From: Alphaproteobacteria bacterium
GTDB taxonomy: Bacteria; Pseudomonadota; Alphaproteobacteria; SMXQ01
Length of the DNA stretch: 56,116 nt
NCBI GenBank assembly: GCA_036396355.1
Contig: DASWKZ010000255.1
Coordinates: 1 to 56,116, forward strand
Direction: 5' to 3'
Shown: piece by piece, positions 20,696 to 29,286 of the stretch
Position numbering within the stretch: the first letter of the stretch is position 1
Layout of the letters: each line of letters opens with the position of its first letter
Notes under the pieces: model-generated
Databases searched by the model: none
Told to the model about the DNA's origin: nothing
Seen by the model: only the letters and a program-made list of their open reading frames with translations
Translations under genes and position numbers: made by a program

Positions 20696-21472
20696 TCACC
20701 GCGACACCTGCATCCGGATGGGGCCCTCCGCGCGGCCGTGGATGAACTGATCCACGTACGGATTGTCCGTGCGATCGATCTCCGATACCGAACCCGACCA
20801 GATGATCCGGCCATCGTGCAACATGGCGATGCGATGGGCAATCTTTCGCGCACTGGCGAGGTCATGGGTGATCGAGAGGGTGGTGGCGCCGAGCTCGCGC
20901 ACGCATTTGACGACAAGATCGTTGATCACATCGCCCATGATGGGATCGAGCCCGGTCGTGGGCTCATCGAAGAAGATGATCTCCGGCTCGGTCGCGATCG
21001 CGCGGGCCAGGGCGACCCGCTTCTGCATGCCGCCGGAGAGCTCCGCCGGGAAGAGATTACCCACTTCGGGGCCGAGCCCCACGGCGGCGAGCTTCTCCAG
21101 TGCGATCCCCTTCGCCTTGTCGCGTTCCATCCCCCGCGCCTGGATCAGGCCGAAGGCGACGTTTTCCCAGACCGGAAGGCTATCGAACAGTGCCGAACCC
21201 TGAAACAGCATGCCGAACTTGCGCATGAGCTGGTCGCGCTCGGCGCTGGGTAGTCCCACCGTCTCGATGCCATCGATCTCGATGGATCCGGCGTCGGGCC
21301 TCATGATGCCGAGGATGCATTTGAGCATCACCGACTTGCCTGTGCCCGATCCGCCGATCACGACGACCGACTCGCCGACGTCAACGTCGAGATCGACCCC
21401 GTCAAGGACCTGCTTGTGGCCGAAGGCCTTGCGCACGCCCCTGAGTCGTATCTTCGGGACGCTCTCGTTCAT
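20696..21472 (-). CDS. mlaF: ABC transporter ATP-binding protein, MlaF-like
   Basis: Walker A GGSGTGKSV, signature LSGGMQKRVALARA, Walker B IIFFDEPTTGLD. The ATG at 21472 overlaps the mlaE stop (ATGA). Confidence 0.85.
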   Translation of the reverse strand: MNESVPKIRLRGVRKAFGHKQVLDGVDLDVDVGESVVVIGGSGTGKSVMLKCILGIMRPDAGSIEIDGIETVGLPSAERDQLMRKFGMLFQGSALFDSLPVWENVAFGLIQARGMERDKAKGIALEKLAAVGLGPEVGNLFPAELSGGMQKRVALARAIATEPEIIFFDEPTTGLDPIMGDVINDLVVKCVRELGATTLSITHDLASARKIAHRIAMLHDGRIIWSGSVSEIDRTDNPYVDQFIHGRAEGPIRMQVSR

Positions 21473-22281
21473 CGAGAGAAGAACAACTCCGTGATGATGT
21501 AGTTGAATACCAGGATGAGGATCAGCGCCGATACAACGGCGTTGATCGTGGCCGTGCCGACCCCCTGGGCGCCGCCGCGGGAGTGGTAGCCGTGATAGCA
21601 GCCCATGAGAGAGATCACGAAACCGAAACACGCGGCCTTGACCAGACCGGACACGACGTCCTTGACCTCGAGAAATTCAAAAGTGTTGGTGAGATAGTTC
21701 GCCGGGTTGAAACCTAGCTTGTTGACTCCGATGAGAAAACCGCCGAATACCCCGATGATGTCGGCCACCAGGACGAGAATAGGCATCATGGCAAGGCCGG
21801 CGACGAGTCGGGGCGCCACAAGATATTTGAACGGGTTCGTCGAAAGGGTGGTCAACGCATCGATCTGCTCCGTGACCTTCATGGTACCAATTTCCGCCGC
21901 CATCGAGGCGCCGATGCGGCCGGCGACCATCAGGCCCGCGAGAACGGGCCCCAACTCCCGTGTCATCGAAAGCACCACCACCGTTGCGACGGCGCCTTCG
22001 GCGGAGAATCGGGAGAACCCCGAATAGCTCTGCAGCGCGAGGACCATGCCGGTGAAGATGGCGGTGAGCCCCACCACGGGAAGCGAGTAGTAGCCGATAT
22101 CGACCATTTGCCGCGCGACGAGCCGGTAATAGAAGGGTGGCGTCGCGCAGTGGCGGAGCGAGTGGGCGGTGAAAATGGAGAGTCGTCCGACGGTGGCCAG
22201 GAAGCCCAGGAAGACGCGACCCACGGGCGCGAGCACCCGGACCAGGAGGCTGTTGTTCTCTCCGGAGGCGGCGATGGTCAT
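21469..22281 (-). CDS. mlaE: ABC transporter permease, MlaE family
   Basis: MlaE-type core MTRELGPVL.GLMVAGR.GASMAAEIGTMKVTEQIDAL.TL..NP..YLV.PR. Confidence 0.85.
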   Translation of the reverse strand: MTIAASGENNSLLVRVLAPVGRVFLGFLATVGRLSIFTAHSLRHCATPPFYYRLVARQMVDIGYYSLPVVGLTAIFTGMVLALQSYSGFSRFSAEGAVATVVVLSMTRELGPVLAGLMVAGRIGASMAAEIGTMKVTEQIDALTTLSTNPFKYLVAPRLVAGLAMMPILVLVADIIGVFGGFLIGVNKLGFNPANYLTNTFEFLEVKDVVSGLVKAACFGFVISLMGCYHGYHSRGGAQGVGTATINAVVSALILILVFNYIITELFFSR

Positions 22282-23423
22282 GACCCCGGTCCGCCCAGGT
22301 AGCGGCGGACATAGCGGTGGCCCAGCGCGGTGAGAATCTCATAGGCGATGGTGCCGGCCTCGTCGGCAAGGGCATCCACGGGATGGTCGGGACTGATCAG
22401 ATCGACCAGTGCTCCCGGCCGCGCCAAGTGGGTGGGAACGTCGGTCACATCGACGGTGATCAGATCCATGGAAACGCGTCCCACCACCGGTATCCGGACC
22501 CCGCCCAGGACGGCGCTTGCATTGCCGGACAGCGAGCGAAGATAGCCGTCGGCATAGCCCACGCCGACGGTGGCGATCCGTCGGCCCCTCTCCGCACGGT
22601 GGGTCGCACCATAACCAACGGTCAAGGGGGTGTCAATTACGCGGGTCTGAAGGATTTTTCCTTGTAGCCGAATGACTTGCGCCATCGGATTCGGCACGCC
22701 CCGTTGCGGTGCGACGCCATAGAGCGCGGCGCCTGGACGGGCTAGATCGAAATGGAAATCGGGTCCCAGGAAGATACCGGAGGAATTGGCGAGGCTGTTC
22801 CGCGCGGTTGCAGCGGGCGCAAGCGCGGCAAGGGCATCGCGAAAGCGGGTGTGCTGCTCCCTGTTAAGGGGATGGTCGGTCTGCTCGGCACAGCTAAGAT
22901 GACTCATGACGCCGGCAAGGTGGATCCCCTCGAATGCGTCGCGCCGGGCGGCGAGATCCGCCACGTCGGCCGGGGCAAGGCCGAGCCGGTTCATGCCGGT
23001 ATCCACATGAATCATGGCAGGCAGCGGCTTTCCGTGCTTGCGTGCCTCCGCATTCCAGTCCGCGAGCTGTCCGGGGTGGTTGAGAACGGGAATCAGGCGG
23101 CTTGCCGCCAGCGCCGGCGCACTGGCACGGTCTGCTCCGTTGAAGACGTAGATGCGGGCCTCGGGCAGCAAGGTGCGCAGGGCGCTGCCCTCGTCCAGAA
23201 GTGCGACAAAATAGCTTCGGCATCCTGCCGTCCACAGCGCCGGCGCGACCCGTGCCACGCCGAGGCCGTAGGCGTCCGCCTTCACCACCGCCCCGCATTC
23301 CGTCCCGCTTTCGGCCAGCTTGGACGCAAGGCGCCGCCAATTTGCGGCGATGGCGTCGAGGTCGATGGTCAACAGGCCGCCGGCGCCTCCCAATGCGCCG
23401 GTTGCTTCGTCAGAAGGGGACAT
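22278..23423 (-). CDS. alr: Alanine racemase
   Basis: PLP-lysine motif VVKADAYGLG. VMSHL..A, R..G..LYG, and GYADGY in the C-terminal barrel. Confidence 0.9.
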   Translation of the reverse strand: MSPSDEATGALGGAGGLLTIDLDAIAANWRRLASKLAESGTECGAVVKADAYGLGVARVAPALWTAGCRSYFVALLDEGSALRTLLPEARIYVFNGADRASAPALAASRLIPVLNHPGQLADWNAEARKHGKPLPAMIHVDTGMNRLGLAPADVADLAARRDAFEGIHLAGVMSHLSCAEQTDHPLNREQHTRFRDALAALAPAATARNSLANSSGIFLGPDFHFDLARPGAALYGVAPQRGVPNPMAQVIRLQGKILQTRVIDTPLTVGYGATHRAERGRRIATVGVGYADGYLRSLSGNASAVLGGVRIPVVGRVSMDLITVDVTDVPTHLARPGALVDLISPDHPVDALADEAGTIAYEILTALGHRYVRRYLGGPGS

Positions 23424-24924
23424 CCTGGTCGGGCAGATGGTCGTCGGCGATGAAATCCGAGAATCTCGTGAGTTCGCCCTGGAACACGAGCTTCAAGGTA
23501 CCGGTCGGCCCATGGCGCTGCTTACCGATGATGATCTCCGCAAGGTTGTGGACCCGCTCCATCTGAGCCTTCCACTCATCGTGCTTGTCCGTGCCCTCCT
23601 CCGGCTGCTGGCGTTCCAGATAGTACTCCTCCCGGTAGATGAACATCACGACATCCGCGTCCTGCTCGATCGAGCCCGATTCGCGGAGATCCGCGAGCTG
23701 GGGACGCTTGTCCTCGCGCTGCTCGACGGCGCGGGATAATTGGCTGAGGGCCAGCACCGGGACGTCGAGTTCCTTGGCAAGCGCCTTGAGCCCGCGGGTG
23801 ATCTCGGAGATTTCCTGCACGCGATTGTCGTTCGGCCGGCTTGCCACCGGGCGCAGCAGCTGGAGGTAGTCGACGACGATCAGCGACAGCGCGTGCTGCC
23901 GTTTGAGACGGCGTGCCCGAGTGCGGAGCTGAGCCACGGACAGGGCCGGCGTGTCGTCGATGAAGAAGGGTAGCCGCGCAAGCTCCTGATTGGCCTCCAC
24001 CACCTTCTGGAAATCGGCGTCGGACAGCTCGCCCTTGCGGATGCGGTCGGAACTGACCCCCGAGGCTTCTGCAAGGATACGGGTAGCCAGCTGCTCGGCC
24101 GACATCTCGAGCGAGAAGAATCCGACCACGGCACCGTCGGCGACCGTCCTTTGGCCCGATTCATCGATCTCGTAGCGGCACAGGCGGGACGCGTTGTAGG
24201 CGATGTTGGTCGCAAGCGCGGTCTTGCCCATGGACGGACGGCCCGCCAGCACGACAAGGTCGGAAGCCTGGAGGCCGCCGAGCATCCTATCCATATCGGC
24301 GAAGCCCGTGGTCGTTCCGGTGAGTCGGCCTTCGCGCTTGTAGGCGGCCTCGGCCATCTCGATGGCGCGGGTCAATACCTCGGTGAACTCCCGGAATCCG
24401 CCCTCGTACTCGCCGGTGGTCGCGAGGTCGAACAAATGTTGCTCTGCCGCCTCGATTTGTTGGTTGGCCGTGGTTTCGACATCAGGGCTGATGGCGCCTT
24501 CCCGAATCTCCTCGCTCAGGGCAACAAGCCGTCGCCGCAGGTGCAGGTCGAAGACGGTACGCCCATAGTCCCGGGCGTTGATGACGGTCACCGCGGAAGC
24601 GGCCAGCCGCGCGAGGTACTTGGCGCCGCCGACATCGGCAAGGGCCTCGTCCCCCTCGAAGACGTTCTTGAGCGTCACGGGATTGGCGATCTGATGGCGC
24701 TCGATCAGCCTCGCCGCGGCCTCGAAGATGCGGCCGTGCACGGGATCGAAGAAGTGCTCCTTGCGCAGGAATTCCGATACCCTGTGGTAGGCTTCGTTGT
24801 TGATGAGGATGGCACCGAGGAGCGCCTGCTCCGCCTCGAAATTGTGGGGAATCTGCCGCCAGCCCTCGCCGGGCGGTTCGCCGTGAAGGTGTGTGACGTT
24901 GGGCCCCGAGGTGATATCAGCCAT
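23410..24924 (-). CDS. dnaB: Replicative DNA helicase DnaB
   Basis: PHN.EAEQALLGA.L.N, Walker A GRPSMGKTA, VVDYLQLL, and LSQLSR..E.R.DKRP.L.DLRESG.IEQDAD. Confidence 0.95.
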   Translation of the reverse strand: MADITSGPNVTHLHGEPPGEGWRQIPHNFEAEQALLGAILINNEAYHRVSEFLRKEHFFDPVHGRIFEAAARLIERHQIANPVTLKNVFEGDEALADVGGAKYLARLAASAVTVINARDYGRTVFDLHLRRRLVALSEEIREGAISPDVETTANQQIEAAEQHLFDLATTGEYEGGFREFTEVLTRAIEMAEAAYKREGRLTGTTTGFADMDRMLGGLQASDLVVLAGRPSMGKTALATNIAYNASRLCRYEIDESGQRTVADGAVVGFFSLEMSAEQLATRILAEASGVSSDRIRKGELSDADFQKVVEANQELARLPFFIDDTPALSVAQLRTRARRLKRQHALSLIVVDYLQLLRPVASRPNDNRVQEISEITRGLKALAKELDVPVLALSQLSRAVEQREDKRPQLADLRESGSIEQDADVVMFIYREEYYLERQQPEEGTDKHDEWKAQMERVHNLAEIIIGKQRHGPTGTLKLVFQGELTRFSDFIADDHLPDQDVPF

Positions 24925-25089
24925 GGCCGTGCACGTTTACAGAGACTTGGCCGCTCGGCAAGCGGCATTCGCCACTTGGCGAATCCGCGCGCAAAAGCCT
25001 AACAGGAAAACGATCCACAGGCTAATAGTCGTGGGGAAATCCCGCGGGGCCGCCCCGTTGCGTTGAGGGCCGTGCTGCCCGGCGCCTGC

Positions 25090-26319
25090 TCAGGCGGCGC
25101 GGTCGGACCGCGCCCCGTGGGCACGCTCCCAATCGGAGATGTAGTCTCGGGTGAGTGGAACCGCCTCCTGGTCGCGCGCCAGCTGCATCTGGAACACCAT
25201 GTGTCCCTGATTGCGGAAGGCGAGCTCGGCGCCAGCCAGGTAGAACTCCCACATGCGGTAGAATCGATCGTCGTAAAGCCCCTTGATCTGCTCGCGGTTC
25301 GCGGCAAAGCGTTCCCTCCACGCCCGCAGGGTTTCCGCATAGTGGAGCCGCAGAATCTCGATATCCGTGACGAACAGACCCTGCCGCTCGACCACAGAAA
25401 GCACCTCCGACAGCGCCGGCGAATAACCGCCCGGGAAGATGTACTTTCTCAGCCATGGATTGGTGATCCCGGGGCCGTCGGATCGGCCGATGGAATGCAG
25501 CAAGGCGATCCCGTCCGGCGCGAGCAGGTTGCGGACCTTGCGGAAGAATGCCGGGTAGTGGGGGGCACCCACGTGTTCGAACATGCCGACGGATACGATC
25601 CGGTCGTATTGGGCCTCCTCGAGCCGGTAGTCGCGAAGATGGAATTGCACCTTGCCGGACAGCCCTTCCTTGGCGGCGCGCTCGCGCGCGAGCTTGACCT
25701 GTTCCTCCGAGAGGCTGATACCGGTGACCCGGGCTCCGGTTTCAGCGGCAAGATACAGGGCGAGACCACCCCAGCCGCAACCGATGTCGAGCACCCGCAG
25801 CCCCGGCCGGTCAAGGAGCAGCTTGGCCGCGATGTGGCATTTCTTGTTGCGTTGAGCCGCCTCCAACGACTGGCCCGGGGTGTTGAAGTAGGCACAGGAA
25901 TATTGCAGGTCGGAATCGAGGAACAGCGCGTAGAGCGTTCGCGAGAGATCGTAGTGATGCGCCGCATTCTGGCGCGCCCGGGAGACGGGATTGAACTGCT
26001 GAATCAGGCGACCGAAGTGGCCTATGGAATCGAAGGTCCGGTAGAACGGGAGCGCCTGTAGATTGGGTTCGTTGAGGGTGGTGATGAACAGGAAATCATA
26101 CAAGCTGCCTTCCTCGACGCTCAGGGTCCCGTCCATATAGGCTTCGCCCAGATGGAGTGCGGGATTGATCACCAACTTGCGGTGGAGCACGGGATCGTGA
26201 AGGCGAATAGCGGCCTTGGGGGCGGTCCCGTCTCCGCACTCGTGGCGGTTGCCGTCGGCATCGATCAGTGCAAGGGAACCAGTACGAATGATCTTTTCGA
26301 ATAGCTTCGCCAGCAGCAT
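25090..26319 (-). CDS. cfa: Cyclopropane-fatty-acyl-phospholipid synthase family methyltransferase
   Basis: HYD..N.FY.LFLD....YSCAYF, SAM motif VLDIGCGWGGLA, and S.GMFEHVG...Y..FF. Confidence 0.9.
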   Translation of the reverse strand: MLLAKLFEKIIRTGSLALIDADGNRHECGDGTAPKAAIRLHDPVLHRKLVINPALHLGEAYMDGTLSVEEGSLYDFLFITTLNEPNLQALPFYRTFDSIGHFGRLIQQFNPVSRARQNAAHHYDLSRTLYALFLDSDLQYSCAYFNTPGQSLEAAQRNKKCHIAAKLLLDRPGLRVLDIGCGWGGLALYLAAETGARVTGISLSEEQVKLARERAAKEGLSGKVQFHLRDYRLEEAQYDRIVSVGMFEHVGAPHYPAFFRKVRNLLAPDGIALLHSIGRSDGPGITNPWLRKYIFPGGYSPALSEVLSVVERQGLFVTDIEILRLHYAETLRAWRERFAANREQIKGLYDDRFYRMWEFYLAGAELAFRNQGHMVFQMQLARDQEAVPLTRDYISDWERAHGARSDRAA

Positions 26320-26361
26320 GCCATCCTCCCCTGAACAGTTGCCGCCCCGGCCCGTGGCCTC

Positions 26362-27000
26362 CTACCTCTCGGGGACATTCTCCGCCCGGGCTTCTGGCTC
26401 CGAGGCGGAATCCGGCCCAGCGGCATCCTCGTGCTCGTCACCGGTAGCGACCGATGAGGCCGACATGGCCGCGCGGGTTTCATCGTCGGCGGCACGCTCG
26501 GCTTCCTGCATCTCGGCGATCAGGGAGCGCCCCTGAGCCTGGAGTTCGGCCTCCTCGACCGAGCGGGCAACGTTCACGGTTATCCCGACGGTGACCTCGG
26601 GATGCAGCGCGATGCGCACCTTGTGAAGCCCGATGGTCTTGATCGGCTCGTCGAGGCGCACTTGGGTGCGATCAATGGCCGCGCCCTGGTCGGCCATGGC
26701 CTGTGCGATGTCCCGCGGTCGTACGGAGCCGTAGAGCTGCCCGGAATCGCTGGCTTGGCGTACGAGGACGATGGACGCCCCGTCGATATTCGTCCCGGCA
26801 CTCTCCGCAGTCTCACGGCGATCGGCGTTGGCAGCTTCGAGTTCAGCGCGCTTGGTTTCGAAGTAGGTCAGGTTATCCTTGGTCGCCCGCAATGCCTTCC
26901 TTTGAGGCAGGAGATAGTTCCGCGCGAATCCCGGCTTCACCTTGACCACGTCGCCCATCTTGCCGAGTTTCTCGATCCGCTCGAGGAGAATGACATCCAT
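26362..27000 (-). CDS. rplI: 50S ribosomal protein L9 with a long acidic C-terminal extension
   Basis: MDVILLE.I.KLG.MGDVV.VK.G.ARNYL.PQ.KA. The protein is 212 aa, against roughly 150 aa for a canonical L9. Confidence 0.9.
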   Translation of the reverse strand: MDVILLERIEKLGKMGDVVKVKPGFARNYLLPQRKALRATKDNLTYFETKRAELEAANADRRETAESAGTNIDGASIVLVRQASDSGQLYGSVRPRDIAQAMADQGAAIDRTQVRLDEPIKTIGLHKVRIALHPEVTVGITVNVARSVEEAELQAQGRSLIAEMQEAERAADDETRAAMSASSVATGDEHEDAAGPDSASEPEARAENVPER

Positions 27001-27381
27001 CGTTACGTTCCTTCGTCGTCAACTGCGGGGCCGGTTGTCCTCGGACGCAAACCCGGCCGGGAGTGGGGCCGTTCACGGCACGGCCAACAGGGGCATCCGT
27101 CACCCGAAGAGGACTGCCGGGTAAATCGTGGATAGAACCGATCCTCGACCTTTCCTCGGCGCCACAAGGGCTACCCCGCCGCGGGCTCGATCAACGAGCA
27201 GGGGACCAACCCCGTCGGGGCAAGGCTCACGGCAATAACCTAAAACCGGTTGAATTCTAACAGTGATCCCGTCATGGCAGCAACCACTCCAACGACCTTG
27301 TCCACCCGCAAACGGGGCGCTTTGAGGCATTCCAGATCCTTACATGGCTGCCATCCAGCCGGCAAGGAGAGCGAACCGTGA

Positions 27382-27621
27382 CTACTTCACGGCGAACGGG
27401 ATGAGGGCAAGGTGCCGCGCCCGTTTTATGGCCCTCGCAAGCTCGCGTTGCTTCTTGGTGGAAACGGCGGTGATCCGACTCGGCACGATCTTGCCGCGCT
27501 CGGAGATGAAGCGCTGGATGAGTCGAACGTCCTTGTAATCGATCTTGGGTGCGGTTGCCCCCGAAAACGGGCAGGTCTTCCGGCGGCGGAAGAACGGGCG
27601 ACGCGACGCCGGGCTTCTCAT
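27382..27621 (-). CDS. rpsR: 30S ribosomal protein S18
   Basis: RRRK.CPF.......[40 protein letters not shown]. The start overlaps the rpsF stop by 4 nt. Confidence 0.95.
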   Translation of the reverse strand: MRSPASRRPFFRRRKTCPFSGATAPKIDYKDVRLIQRFISERGKIVPSRITAVSTKKQRELARAIKRARHLALIPFAVK

Positions 27622-28079
27622 TTGCCACCCCCGGCTTCCGAGGACCGTTCTTGACCGCGAGACTCGCTGTCATCGGATGGTGCGCGCGCCCGGCGTGGCC
27701 CGTCGTCCCGGGCGCGATCGTCGCGGCGGCCGCGCCCGCCGCGGCCTCCACGGTCATCGCGACTCTTGAGGATTGCCGAGGGACCCTCCTCGAGGGTGTC
27801 CACGCGCACGGTCAGATATCGCAGAACGTCGTCATGGAGGCGCATCTGGCGCTCCAGCTCGAAGATAGCGGCCGGCGGGGCATCGATATTGAGCAATGCG
27901 TAGTGGCCTTTCCGGTTCTTCTTGATCCGATAGGCCAGATTCCGCAGGCCCCAGTATTCCTTCTTGGCAACCTTACCGCCGGAATTGGTAATGACGTCCG
28001 CGAACGTCTCCGCAAGCGATTCCGCCTGCGAGCTTGAGATGTCCTGACGTGCAATGAACACGCTTTCGTAAAGCGCCAT
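27618..28079 (-). CDS. rpsF: 30S ribosomal protein S6 with an Arg/Gly/Asp-rich C-terminal tail
   Basis: MALYE.VFI.R.D.S..Q......F...I...GG.V...E.WG.R.LAY.I.K.RKG.Y.L.NI. AAGGAG lies 9 nt upstream of the ATG at 28079. Confidence 0.95.
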   Translation of the reverse strand: MALYESVFIARQDISSSQAESLAETFADVITNSGGKVAKKEYWGLRNLAYRIKKNRKGHYALLNIDAPPAAIFELERQMRLHDDVLRYLTVRVDTLEEGPSAILKSRDDRGGRGGRGRRDDRARDDGPRRARAPSDDSESRGQERSSEAGGGK

Positions 28080-28197
28080 CAAGCAACACTCCTTTCGGCT
28101 GTTCCCGGGCTGGTGCCGGGCGCGACACCACGTGCCGACGGCCTTCCGGCCCTAGCCGGCCCGCGCTTGCGGCCGGCAAGGAATGTCAAGGGCGCGA

Positions 28198-28225
28198 AAT
28201 ATACACGAACCGCCCGGGAGCGCAA
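28198..28225 (-). promoter_or_regulatory. Candidate promoter for rpsF-rpsR(-rplI): TTGCGC-N16-TATATT
   Basis: On the minus strand, TTGCGC (28225-28220), a 16-nt spacer, then TATATT (28203-28198). This would give a 5' leader of about 110 nt containing GC hairpins (GCCGGCC-N9-GGCCGGC; CCCGG-N7-CCGGG). Confidence 0.3.
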
Positions 28226-28264
28226 GGGCGACGGGCGCAATGCCCGCCTGACGGTCGGTGGCGC

Positions 28265-28292
28265 TTGACACCGAGGGGCGGGCCGCTATCAC
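28265..28292 (+). promoter_or_regulatory. Candidate promoter for fabD-fabG: TTGACA-N16-TATCAC
   Basis: A perfect -35 hexamer at 28265-28270 and TATCAC at 28287-28292, about 40 nt upstream of the fabD GTG. It lies back-to-back with the rpsF promoter candidate. Confidence 0.35.
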
Positions 28293-28331
28293 TCATGGCC
28301 CATATGGGGCGAGAAGGGAGCTCCTGACGCT

Positions 28332-29264
28332 GTGGGCGACGCATTCATTTTTCCGGGACAGGGGTCCCAGGCCGTGGGAATGGGGAAGAACCTGGCGGAG
28401 GCCTTCCCCGCCGCGCGCGAAGTGTTCGCGGAGGTCGACGATGCCCTCGGGCAGCACCTGACGCGCATCATGTTCGAGGGACCCGACGAAGAGCTCACCC
28501 TGACCGAGAATGCACAGCCGGCCCTGATGGCGGTGAGCATGGCGGTCGTCCGTGTCCTCGAGAAGGAAGGCGGCCGGGTGCTTTCGCGATCCGCGCGCTT
28601 TGTGGCGGGACATTCCCTCGGCGAGTATTCGGCGCTCGCCGCCGCCGGAGTGTTCGGGCTTGCGGACACCGCAAGACTGCTTCGGACCCGGGGGCGAGCC
28701 ATGCAGGAGGCGGCGCCGGTGGGCGAGGGGGCCATGGCGGCGATCCTGGGCCTCGACCTCGATGCGGTTCTGGCCATTGCCCGGGCCGCGGCCGAGGCCG
28801 ATGTCTGCGCAGCCGCCAACGATAACGCGCCGGGCCAGGTCGTCGTGAGCGGTCACCGGCGGGCGGTGGAGCGTGCCATCGCGATTGCGTCCACGCGGGG
28901 GGCCCGGCGTGCCATCCTTTTACCGGTTTCCGCGCCCTTCCATTGTGCGCTCATGGCGCCCGCCGCGGAGGTCATGGCTGAGGCGCTCGCGGCCATTCCG
29001 GTCGCGGCGCCGGCCGTCCCGGTGGTGTCCAACGTCCGTGCCGAGGCCGTGACGGCGCCTGCGGAGATCCTGGAACTCCTGGTCACGCAGGTAACGGGAA
29101 TGGTGCGGTGGCGGGAATCGGTCCTCTGGATGAGGGACCGGGGGATCGAGCGTGTTGTCGAGATTGGCCCGGGCAAGGTACTTTCCGGACTGGCTCGGCG
29201 CATCGATCCGGACTTGCAGTCGATCTCCCTTGCCACGGTGGAGGACATCGATACGTTTCTTTAG
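28332..29264 (+). CDS. fabD: Malonyl-CoA:ACP transacylase
   Basis: AFIFPGQGSQ.VGMG and the active-site GHSLGEYSAL. First gene of the fab cluster. GTG start. Confidence 0.9.
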   Translation: MGDAFIFPGQGSQAVGMGKNLAEAFPAAREVFAEVDDALGQHLTRIMFEGPDEELTLTENAQPALMAVSMAVVRVLEKEGGRVLSRSARFVAGHSLGEYSALAAAGVFGLADTARLLRTRGRAMQEAAPVGEGAMAAILGLDLDAVLAIARAAAEADVCAAANDNAPGQVVVSGHRRAVERAIAIASTRGARRAILLPVSAPFHCALMAPAAEVMAEALAAIPVAAPAVPVVSNVRAEAVTAPAEILELLVTQVTGMVRWRESVLWMRDRGIERVVEIGPGKVLSGLARRIDPDLQSISLATVEDIDTFL

Positions 29265-29286
29265 CGTGGCGGCGGAAAGGAAAGTC

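Noticed and set aside
18866-21253. A 795-aa ORF on the + strand, the longest in the track.
   Set aside because: It lies antisense to radA and mlaF, both of which have unmistakable motifs. Its translation is Arg/Gly/Pro/Asp-rich low complexity with no recognisable domain. It is a typical shadow ORF of high-GC DNA, where stop codons are rare.
27100-27330. A 76-aa ORF (minus strand) inside the rpsR-rplI spacer, considered as a possible small Cys-containing protein.
   Set aside because: Its third-codon positions are only about half G/C by eye, unlike neighbouring genes. It has no ribosome-binding site and no recognisable motif. I treat the region as non-coding (see the finding on the spacer).
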